Position numbers and translations under genes: made by a program
Source of the DNA: Amphiscolops sp. MND2022
Taxonomy: Eukaryota
Assembly: GCA_964187785.1 (NCBI GenBank)
Contig: OZ076413.1
Location: 42,534,001-42,598,000, forward strand
Direction of reading: 5' to 3'
Length of the DNA stretch: 64,000 nt
Shown: piece after piece, positions 24,560 through 35,177 of the stretch
How the letters are laid out: the number at the start of each line of letters is the position of its first letter
How positions within the stretch are numbered: position 1 is the first letter of the stretch
The notes under the pieces: model-generated
Database searches by the model: none
What the model was told of the DNA's origin: nothing
The model's input: the letters and a program-made list of their open reading frames with translations, nothing else

Positions 24560-26539
24560 CTCTTCAGTTGTTTTTCATGTTTCTTGTAGTCATTCGTTCG
24601 TTTGCTAAGGCCATCGGCATTTCGATGTTGCGTTCAGGGTCGATGTTGGATGCTCAAATGATACTTCTTTAGGGCCATGATCCAACGGCCGATGATCGCC
24701 TGGTCTGTGGAATATGTTTTTAACCATGAGAGGGCCTGATTGTCAACTCTCAGTGTGAATTTGCGTGGACAGAGATAGCAATGGTTTTCCAGGATGAAAT
24801 AGTATGCGGCGTACATTTCTAATTTCGGGGCTCCACACTTCGTCTGCGTGGGAGTCAACTTCTTGCTTCCGAATACTATTGGTCGCAGTTTGCGATTCTC
24901 GGGTGGTCCTTGCCATTGGTGAAGAATACCTGATATGGCTACGCCACTGGCATCAGTATCTAGGACGAATTCACCTTCAGTGTCGGGTTGTGCCAGAGCA
25001 GTGGCTTCCATTAGCGCCATTTTGATGCTGTTAAAGGCTTGCTGCTGCTCCTCCCCCAACAAAAATGGAGGACCTGTACCCGTCATTGCGTGTAGAGGGG
25101 CAACTAATTTGGCATGCCAAGGGATAAAATCGCGACAATAGTTGGCAAATCCTAAGAAACATTGCAGTTCAGTTTTGGTGCGAGGGATATCCCAACCTCT
25201 CAGTTTGATGACAGCTTTTGGATATGGCTTGATTCCATCCGCTGATACTACTCGACCCAAATATTTGATCTCTGACTTCATGAAATCGCATTTAGAGACT
25301 CTCATTTTGAAACCGGCCTCACGTAGAAATTGAAACACTTCGCGTAGTCTGTCCATGTGGTCTTCGACAGTTTCGGTAGCAATCACAATATCGTCAATAT
25401 ATGCCATTACCATACTTCCTTCACGATTCACAATTCTTTGTAGCGCTCGCGCGAAGATCACAGGCGAAGGTAGTCTTCTGACGATCGGATTTTCGGACAG
25501 GAATTCGCCAGAACGCCCAAGCCAAGTCGATACTGGTGTAAATTTTAGCTTTACCCAGTCTGGATAAACTCTCGTCGATACGTGGTAGAGGATAAGCGTC
25601 CTTGATGGTCACCTCATTGAGCGGTCGAAAGTCACAACAAAATCGTAGTTCACCAGTCTTCTTTTTGACCATGACAATACCATTTGCCCAAGGGGATAGA
25701 GAAGGTTGTATCATTCCCAAAGCTAGTAGATCACGAACTTCTTGATTGGCACGTTCTGCCTTGTCATGCGACATTCGTCGTGCACCTTCACGATGGGTTA
25801 TAGCTCCTGGCTCCAGTTCCACAGGGTGCTTAGCTATTTTACATTTGCCGATGTCTGTCTTGTATTTCATGAAAAGGTCATCAAATTCTTTCAAAAGTTT
25901 ACTAAGCGTTTCGCTGGCGGCCGAACCCCACAAACCGCTTACTTCGTCGAGTTCTGCTTCCGGGCCGGGTATCGGAGCCATTAGCGCTGGATCGGTACGT
26001 TTTTTTATTTCGCGCTCGGATAATCCTAGTTCTGAGGACAAAAACTCAAATTCAGATGAAGAACTATATTCAGAAGAAGAGTCAAGACTCATCTGTTCGA
26101 ATACTTTACAAACATTATTTGCATTTGACTGCTGAGTTTCCGTTGTTTGTCCGGGGACAATTTGGGGGATGGCTTTATGGACCATCGTTACAGGTACTGC
26201 GGTTCCCAAAAGGAATCCCTTTTTAATCCGCTGTACATTGCTGGTGAGGTTTCCTAAACTGGCATAAAGGAGACCTGTTTCCCCCACGGTTGCCACGGTG
26301 TCTTCTAAAAATATGGCGTTTTTCAACATTTGGTTAGGTGTTTCAAAGTTAATTAGCACGGTACGGAACATGAAAGGTTCTAAGTTATCTACAAATAACT
26401 TTGCGCGCAATATAGCGCGTTCGAAAGGTTGTAATACAACGTCCTGTGCTATCGCTACTGACGAGTTTGCGTGGGTATGATACCACACCGGTTCAGAGGG
26501 GGCTCGGACAATGACTTTCATTGCAGTGAGATCCACCAA
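24560..26539 (-). pseudogene. pol: Reverse transcriptase + RNase H (frameshifted; MPFGL motif deleted)
   Basis: 'SPWANGIVMVKKK.GELRFCCDFRPLN', 'AYPLPRIDE', 'AYIDDIVI', 'FLGFANY', RNase H 'LDTDAS', 'LRVDNQALSWL'. Confidence 0.97.
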
Positions 26540-29500
26540 GACCTGATAGGCCCTGAGAAAGTTCCTGCCCAGGAAGTAAGTCTTCTACTCCCATTGCATC
26601 ATCAACCACTACGAAGTTGGTCTCCAATTCGTAGCCTCCCAACTGGAGTTTGATCTTCTCGGCCAGACCAAATGTTTTGATTGTTTTTCCATTTGCTGCA
26701 TACAAGTCAATACCATAAGGTCGAAGAAGTGCGCCAGTGCGCACGGCAATTCGATTGTAGGCTGAGAACGTGAGGATGTATACTCCTGAACCAGTGTCTA
26801 TCAATCCACGTAGCGGTACGGGAGCAGAATCAGGGACTACAAATGAAACCACGAGCGACGCACGCTCATCGATCCTGGCTTCTCCTGATGGTTGTTGAGT
26901 ATCGATGTTGTAGCAGCGCAGCTCTTGCGGTCCCAAGCAGATTCCAGAAGGAAATGCATCAGTTATGATAGTCGCACCAAAACGCATATCAACACCATTT
27001 ATGCAAACTTTAACTGGGATAGGAGAATAGGCATGGTATGTGGAGGTAACTCCTTTCACTTGCCATTCTTCTGGTTGAGGGAGAGTCAATTGCTGGTAGT
27101 TCTCGTTCGCGGTTATCTCATCAATCAAGCCGTCAATAGTGAGTTCTGGGCGTGCCTCTCTTTCAATCGCCAATAATAATCGGATAGACATGATCGTGCG
27201 TCCTGAGAGGTCAGAAGTGGTAGGCTCCGGATTCGTTTGGATCTGGATCTTACCGCATTTAACAGTGAGGGACGTCGCCACGTGTGCTGATTCGGCGGGA
27301 CGCAGCATGAGAACCATCTCATTGTCACTTAGCGTTTGAGAAGCGGGTGGCTGTTCAGCCCATAAGCTGTAGGCTAAATCTTCATGCACTGGAATGTTCT
27401 GACATTGAGACGCTGAATGTTCGGTCATGCCACAGTTGACACAGAATATGGGGCCAGAACATGCAGAGGCCACGTTACTCTCACATAAATTTACTCGGTC
27501 GTCAGGTGCAGCACGTGCCACTGGTTTTCGTGCCTGATCTCTATTTGGGCACTCTCGTGCAAAGTGGCCTGGTAGTCCACAATTGAAACATGTTCCTTGG
27601 GGGACTACTCTTGCCAGTTGTTGCGGCACGGGAGCTTGCTTTACGGATCCAGGGTTTGGTGCTGCCAATTGAGGTTTCGCCTCTCGCTGTGCCTGGTTTG
27701 GAGGTAACATATTCTGTGGTAGGCCTGGTGCTTGGTGTACCATCTTTCCTGGCACAAAAGGATGACGCCTTGATATCATGGCATATCTAGGGTCATATGG
27801 TTTTGAAGTTGTTGGTCGATGTCGTTGGAGTTGTCGCGTGGTGAACCTCAAAGATTCCACTGTATGAGGTTCAGTCAAATAGCTTTCCGCAGCATACACT
27901 ACAGCCAATTCTTGTCCCAGCATTGGATCGCTAACACCGTCTATGAAGCGTTGCAGGATTTCGTAACGACGTGTAGTGATAGGCTCATCTGGGAATCCTT
28001 GGGTGCGGAAACCTTCCAGCGCGTCCAGAAATTGCATCCAGTCTTCTTTTTCTTGTTGGATACGAGACATGAAAGTTTGTCGGACTTGCATACGGTTTCC
28101 ACCTGTCCCAAATCTGCTGGCGAGGAGGGTGAACACCTTGTCGGGTTCATCTCGTTCAGGTTCGGTATTATTAATTATATAGTTTCTTGCTTCTCCCTCT
28201 AGGTGGCCAATGATGGCCCATGCTTTATCAATTTTTCGAGATTTAGCGTGCACTCTCTCTAGAAATCGCTTCATCACAGGGAGCCACCCGTCGACAGTGC
28301 CATCCTTAGTGCCCTTGTATATTGTAGGGCGGACCCTGGTTTGATCTCGATCTTTGGACATAGCTTTGGATATTGCTTCGGTGAATCTAAGTTGTTCCGG
28401 CGAAATGGGAGCTTCTTCCGTAGCGGCTGGCGATGGAAGACTGCTACCTTGTGTTGAGTTGACCGAATCATTTGTGTTTTCTGGGATAGTTACTTCTCTG
28501 CGTCGGGTGCTACTTGCGCACGGGTTGCCCGGGGGCAACCCGTCGTCTGCAGTTTGGAATTCTGCAGTCGTTTCTCCCAAAGTTGCGTTTGCGGTTTGGA
28601 AGGTACTCTTAACTTCGGTAAATTCCTTGGTGCATGTGGGTTCTCGTATACCCGTGATACCCATACTCGAAGTATCGATAGTTATCATCTCGCATGTTGG
28701 TTCCTTCTTCCGAGATACCGTTGTTTGCGGGACAAGTTTCGTCGATGTTGACGTAGCATCTGCGTTGGAGACAAGATGTTGATGCAGGAGTGCATACTTC
28801 GGGAGAGGTTGTTTCGAGCTAGAAGGTTTTGCTACGGTGATTACGTCCTCCATCGATTTAATTGAGACATTTTTCATGGGCCTAGGCAATGGCATTTCAG
28901 TGTCCTGCAATAGATCTTTGATAGTGCTGCTTGTCGGACGAGGTTGAATGTTTTTCAGCATGGTACCCATCGCTTGAATTTGTGAGCACACTTCTTGCAT
29001 TTGGGCTTCCATACGTATTTCTCTTTGGGCCATCATCTCTTTCATTTCGGCCATTCGATAACCCATAGCATCCATTCGCGCGGCCTGAATTTCTTGTCCC
29101 TGCGTTTGTCGTTCAGTTGAAGTTCGTAACTCACTCTGTACAGCTTCAATTTCTTCAACAATTGTTTGGTGTTCTCTACCGCATCTTCCCTTCCGTTCAG
29201 ACAATTGGGAGGCTGCTTGTTTTGCACTAATTTATGCGTCTAACAGTGCCGCGTGCCTTCGCTGTTTCATGCACGGCTCTGTATGCTGAAGATCGGGCAG
29301 ACGCTGCTTTTGACAATGGTGAGGATGAGCGTGAATCAGCGTGGGGTCCTGTTGTGCCTGTTTGCGCTAGCAGGGTTGGAGGCCGTATTTGCTTGCCCTT
29401 CTCTGATGGTCGGGGAGCTGTGGCTTCTTAAAGGCGTGCCCTGGCGTAATTCATGCCTCCAATGTAGGACATTTGTTGGAGTACTTCTGCCGTATTTGCG

Positions 29501-30159
29501 GTGCCTTCGCTTGCTGTGCTTGGAGCCTTAAACTGTCCTGTTGCATTTAGACTGCTTATTTCTACTTCCTCATCGTTCGTCCTGTTGGAGTTGGGCCATG
29601 CTTCAATTTGATTTGCGTTGTAAGGTGTCACTGCATTGGAGAGCTCTCGCAGCCATTTAGAAGTGTGGGTTTGACTTCCTGTCTCATCGGCTGATCCTCC
29701 GATATCATCGGTAGTTCTGGTGACCGCTTTTGTCTGATACTTCTCCGATGTGTTGTCTGACATAGGGTCTTAAAAATCTGGTTCTATTACGAAACTGTCA
29801 TCAGTTGGCCCATCTTCCTCTTTGGGGTCAGAGGTTAAGTCTGATATTGCACTGAAACTCGCATTTGCCTCGCATGTTGTTGGTTCTGGCGTTTTCGGTA
29901 CTTGAGTGTATTGCGACGTGGCCTCCCTCCCCATTCTTGAAAGACTAGAGCGTCGTCGGGTGTTTGTTCGGCTCAATGTTTTCGCAATAGAGTTAAAAAG
30001 ATTGCGCAAACGGCTAGTTTTCATGATTTGGTACGTCTCGAAAAAGTCATAAATCGATCTAGTGGTCGTATCGACGTGAAATTTACACAGCGCGTTGATA
30101 CCGTTGTGTGGGGTTGGAAACCGTGCGTTTAGGGTCTGTAAAACAGCTAAGTCGCGCAC
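26493..30159 (-). pseudogene. gag: Gag (long N-terminal extension, capsid-like region, two CCHC knuckles) + aspartic protease
   Basis: 'CFNCGLPGHFAREC' and 'CVNCGMTEHSASQC'; protease 'LIDTGSG'. ORFs 29770-30159 and 29428-29763 share a frame and precede 26493-29204 after a frameshift. Confidence 0.9.
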
Positions 30160-32390
30160 AGTCGAATTCGATAATTTTTGGGTTTTTCAGGTTGTTTTGA
30201 AAAACATTAAGATGCCTCGTACGCAGCGCCTATACGTCGGAAACACTTGAAAATTGACCACCCAACCTTGTAGTAGGCGTACTACACTGTAGCAAAATTA
30301 AATTTGGGCTAGGTATATTATTTCAAGATTCGGGTGGGTTTAGACGTGCGGTACCCGTAATCACTAAAATTCATCAATTCTCACGCTTGTTTTAAGATTG
30401 TGACTTACTGGAAAAAGCTATCGGGCTAGAAATTTGCAGAAAAACGCAGTATTTGGTATAGATTTTGAAAATGGGTAGCAATTTGACGTCGCTTTTTAAT
30501 GAAGGTACTTGGGTCACTCAGGAAAATTCCGAAAATTCGAACTTTCTGTACATCTTTTTAGATAGCACGATTTTTCGGTTTTCTCGCTACATACTGTATG
30601 GATTGACACGAAACTTGGCAGTGAAATCCCGTGAGCGTATGTGATGCCAGCGAAACAATCAAATTTAAGCGCGGTCGTTTATCTGAGGTTTCAATTTTAG
30701 TTGAATAGCCCTCACAAAAGAAGATTTTTTTTATTAGACTATTCTTTTCACAAATCGACTAAGAGGATTACCTCAGAAAGTAGTACGGCGGGAAAATGGG
30801 ATCAACGTGTTGTTTTACTACCTGCAGCGTTGAGATATGCCTCTAATTGGTTGTGCCCGATAAGTATGGGGCACTGACAGTCTTGCGATTTCGGATTTTT
30901 CTTTGGCTACTTTAGCTCATTCTGATATTAAAACACCAGAGAGCTTTTCTCGGCTTTGGTGAACGATATGTCCACCAAATTTGCGGCACTAGCGTTGTTT
31001 TTAGTGGTGGTTTTGAAACTGTAACCACTTTTTGGCTATTGTTGTTCAGGAATCTATGACTCGACCCCAGCTCAGAGACGGTCCGGATTATGGGTAAAAT
31101 GGAGTTTTTCAGTATGTTTTTCGACTATCTTCAACACTGAAAGGGAGTTTTGGGATGCGGTCTTCGCTATAGACCGTGAAATTTAACTGATAAACTGGAA
31201 ATAATAGCCCGGGGACTATTCTTAGAGTGAGAGAATTTGTTAATGTTCAGTTCAGGTTTCGTTTAGGGACACTATAGAAAAACCTTGAAATTGCAATTTT
31301 TGTGACTTTTTTTCAAAAATTAGTAATTATAATTACCAAAAGGGGCAACGTAGGATACCGGCAGTGTACCTCAACTTAATTGCAGCCATCCTGGGGGCGT
31401 TTTAGGGCTTTCATGCATATTTCCCCACAGATTAATCGTGCCAATAGTGCTTAAATTTTTCAAAAACGGGGTTTTTCATCACAAAATTTACACTAAGTGC
31501 TCTGATAAGCAACGTTGAGTAGTTTAACGTGATTTTTTGTGAACTCACAAGAGTTCTGAGCCACTCCTATTTAATTTCTGTAGGGGTGTGGCTAGCACCA
31601 AGAGCGCTCACGCTCATGTAGGTGTTTCGCCTCAAAATGGCCAAATTAGGCATTTTTCGTTGAAAATACATGAAAAAACGCACTTTTCTCGCACAAAAAA
31701 GGTGCAAAAGCACACACCTAATTACAGAAGACTTGTGAAAACCTTGGCAAATGATCGTACACAAAATTTAGAGCAATCAAAAAAATTTTCAACCTTACTC
31801 AAAAATTTCATACAACCCGGATTGATGAGTCGCATCTTTTCGCTCTTTTTGCTCATCATCCAGAACAGCTAGAGACAAACTGATTACACCATCAGATACG
31901 TCAGCGCTTGTAGTACATTTCCACCAAATTTCATTCCTCTAGGTTGCCCCTGCGAGAAATGGGACCGGTGAGTCGTATAGCTCCATTCTGGCGAAATGTG
32001 AGATACATCTGAGTAAGGATCAATCTCTCTTCAACACTCGCTTAGTTGGTCATAAAAGGCTGAAAAAGGCTAGAAAACACCTGGTAACAGTTCTAGCTGC
32101 CTTTCTACGGCTCGCTAGACCAATCTCAGTAAGTGACCCGTTAAGAGGATTGGTTATTTCGATAGTTATCTGTTAACTACTAAAAAATCTTCAAAATCAC
32201 AAAACATAGCGCTTTTTTGCAAAATTTACCTTTAACCACCAGGCACACAGCCTTTAATGACACACACTAATGGTAAAAACGTAAAAAAAACTCTGCTTCT
32301 TGCTCCTTTTCGTCAGAGTCGGGTCGTACTTGGCGTCAATCACCAGAGGGTCTGCTCTTTTAAAACCGTTAAGGGAAGCACTTCGATGCG

Positions 32391-32408
32391 ATCCCTCTGT
32401 GGTCGCCA
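32391..32408 (-). other. Primer-binding site, tRNA-Arg-like
   Basis: Minus strand TGGCGACCACAGAGGGAT is complementary to a tRNA 3' end of the ...TCCCT.CGTGGTCG-CCA (Arg) type; it lies 16 nt inside the 5' LTR end. Confidence 0.7.
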
Positions 32409-32424
32409 AAAAATGATATCTCTA

Positions 32425-33145
32425 TGTAACGACAAGCTCTCACCATTGTCGCTGTAACCATAAGAGTTAGAGGAACACATGATATGGGTAATTGCCCGGG
32501 ACAGGCGCCCATGACCATGAGCTCATCTTGCCTCTTTCGGGTAAAAACTGTCCCGTCAGAGGAGGATTCCGCTTCTTGTGAAGTGCTCGCCGGCCTGATC
32601 CAGTCTTTAATTGCTGTCAGTGGCGCGAATTACGCTTTTTCTTCGAAACTATCACTTAGACAGCCTTTAAAAAATAGAGGTGTTGGGAAAAGAATTATTC
32701 TCTTTCTTCGTAGTTACAAAGGAAATCGAAATAAGTGGCTCACGAGTTAATACAATAACAAATACGTAATTTACTGCATAATTAGCACATTTAGGCAGCA
32801 ATTAGCCGGGGACACAAGCACGGATGCTTGGTCAAGCTAATTGACTCATTTTTGGTATTTACAACATTTTATGGCGATTCGCTAATGAAAGCGACGCTTA
32901 GAACAAAGTTCAGTTCGTCTTGACAGAAATTGAGTCTCTTTTCTGACGGTCGCTGTACTTTTCTACAATTGTCTCGTTTTTTGGGGTCTACTCGTATTCT
33001 TCTGTTCAAATCCTCTTTAATTCTGCTGGCAGGTCTTTGAACGGTATCCTTCAGCGGAATATTATTCTTCAGCAGAGGGCATCTAGTCCCTTGAACGAAA
33101 TTTTCAAAATTTTCGAATTTTTGGACTCGATAGGTGATCGTTACA
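32425..33145 (-). repeat. 5' LTR of the giant gypsy element (721 bp)
   Basis: Direct repeat of 14280-15005 with TG...CA ends. Confidence 0.97.
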
Positions 33146-33871
33146 ATGCATGCATGGATGCAACATGGACAACTTTCCGGCATGTCCGACTAGGGCAACC
33201 AATACGTTATGTAGAAATGAGAACAACCCAAATAACCCTTTCCAAAATCCATTAATCACTTTGCGACATTCAAAATTTATTGGAAACAAGAGTCTTTTAG
33301 CGAATTTGGAGAATGTTACTTTTTTCAGGCCTTCCAACATGGATCCGAATTTTGATTTAGTTCTATTTGTTAATGTTGGTTTTATAACCGAAGTTCGTAG
33401 TTCATACGAGCCAAATATCGTCCCATTTTGAAAATTGAACAGCTTCTGTTGCGTTTTCTGATATAACATATATAGTGAATATACAGAGTAATGGACTGGG
33501 AAAAGACTTGAATAGTTGAAATTTGGGGAATTGGGGTGAGTATTGTTCGCCTAAAACTTGTGCTGAAGAAGTTCTTCAGATGCCTATTTCGCATGTGTAG
33601 TGTACTGCAATAATTTGATTATGTTACTTGAAACAGAGTACTCAAAGAAAGCGTCATACAAGAAAGTTTGCAGAAAAACCGAACGTTATTATCGAAAAGA
33701 AATAATTTCAAATGGCTGGAGGTCAGTTTTAGTCAAACCCATTACATATAGTGTCTTCAAAAGTATCATTATGTGCGTACCCTAGTCGACACTGCTGGAA
33801 CTTTTACATGCTGAAGCCCTGTAACATTGTAATTTTTGATAAAACCAAGAACATCAGACTACGCGCAGGAA

Positions 33872-34330
33872 TTTTTTAGTCGGCGCTTTTCGTAGAAAAC
33901 GCAGACTATAGCAGTGACTTTTTTTAAGACCAACGAACTGACAGATTTTATAAGCTTTATAAGCTGACTTGCACTAACACTAACTGCCACACTACTTCTA
34001 CTGGCTCTTGGCATAGAAGATAATTAGGCTTTTTGAGGTCTGCCAAGCAGAAGGACGTGGGTTCGAGTCCCGCCCTTGACCAAATTTTTTTGTGCAGGCT
34101 ACTTCGGCATTGTGAGACTTTTTTTCGCTATTTTTGGCACGCTATTCCGGCACTATGCGGCTTACCATAGATTAAAAATGTTCGAAAAAAAAGTTCAAGA
34201 AAATTTGTGGAATTTTTTTAAATTTTTTCCTCATGCGGGTACTGTAGAAGAGAATACTTGAAAGTTTGAAGTCCTTTTGCTATTTCTGAGACTTGGATAT
34301 GGCGCCGACTTGGGCCGTTCACGGCTTGTT
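33872..34330 (+). mobile_element. Helentron-associated non-autonomous element (HINE-like) carrying a tRNA-like fragment
   Basis: TTTTTT-AGTCGGCGC start; GCGCCGACT at 34302-34310 followed by hairpin GGCCG-ttca-CGGCT and TGTT; same termini as 10474-10974. Confidence 0.7.
34039..34082 (+). pseudogene. 3' half of a tRNA-like sequence (Gly-GCC-like), no 5' half
   Basis: CTGCCAA-GCAGA-AGGAC-GTGGG-TTCGAGT-CCCGC: anticodon-loop-like segment, T-arm with B-box GGTTCGAGTCC, then oligo-T; no D-arm or 5' acceptor strand. Confidence 0.55.
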
Positions 34331-34844
34331 GTAAAAGACCCGCATTTTGAAAACCAGGTTTGGTTACTGCTGGAAATGAATTTTTTTACAATTTCGTAAG
34401 TATAAAACAGCGTTCTCGATTAAAATAAAGTGAATAAAGAGTGGACAATGCACGGATAGCGATTTTCTTTGTGTTTTGTCAGGAAAAAAGGGATGCTTGA
34501 ATGAATGCAACGCTTTACATTTCATACTTTTTACTGAACCATACTAATAGCTTCGTTTGATGTTAAAGTTGTATTCAAAATATTGCGGACATTTAGAATG
34601 GAATTTGGTATGAATGTATCTGAAGGGCCCACTCTATGCTAACTGAATTTTTTTCCAAATCAGAAAAACTCCTTCTAACTTTTGAGATTTTATAACCTTA
34701 TAATTGTTTTCCGAAAGATGTCTCAAATGAAAAGATTAAAAAGTACGGCTCTTCGTTTGCAGCCAGGAAGATACGGTACTTTAGTTGCAGCTATGCGTTG
34801 AAGCGATACTCGACGTAAAGCCGTGGTCTGAAAGTGACTATTTC

Positions 34845-34905
34845 AAGGTCACAAAGGTCACAACGGTCACGAAGGTCACAAAAATCACAAGGTCACAAAG
34901 GTCAG
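34845..34905 (+). repeat. 9-bp minisatellite (AAGGTCACA)n
   Basis: Six to seven imperfect copies. Confidence 0.8.
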
Positions 34906-35177
34906 ACTGTTCGATTGAAGAGTTTGAAAGATTGAAGTCACAAAGATCTGACTATTCGCCGTTAATCTCATTGTTTTTGGCATTTTATATTTGGCATAAC
35001 CCCACTACCAAGATAGGGATGAAAGACTCACTTAAGGCGCAAAAATGTTGAGTTAAGAGAGATTCGAACGTGATAGTGTTAACCACCCATGAACAGGCCT
35101 AATAACAACATCATAATTCCTACGATTAATCTGGGGGAAATGAAAAAGCGACAGTCGGTATGTATACACAGGACCTA

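Larger units (their letters stand above)
14280..33145 (-). mobile_element. Giant (18,866-bp) Ty3/gypsy LTR retrotransposon, decayed
   Basis: Two direct LTRs with TGTAACGA...TCGTTACA ends; Gag(2xCCHC)-PR-RT-RNaseH-IN order; PBS and PPT on the minus strand; extended Pol plus a second large ORF; many stops and frameshifts; no TSD seen. Confidence 0.97.
12876..33195. mobile_element. Probable CCC...GGG DNA element (12876-14279 + 33146-33195) split by the giant gypsy element
   Basis: CCCTAGTTGAAAGTGC at 12876 and GCATGTCCGACTAGGG at 33180-33195 form a 12/16 inverted pair, both flanked by CA (2-bp TSD candidate). Confidence 0.45.

Noticed and set aside
33990..34090. Complete tRNA gene
   Set aside because: Only the anticodon-to-T-arm half is present; no D-arm or pairing acceptor stem.
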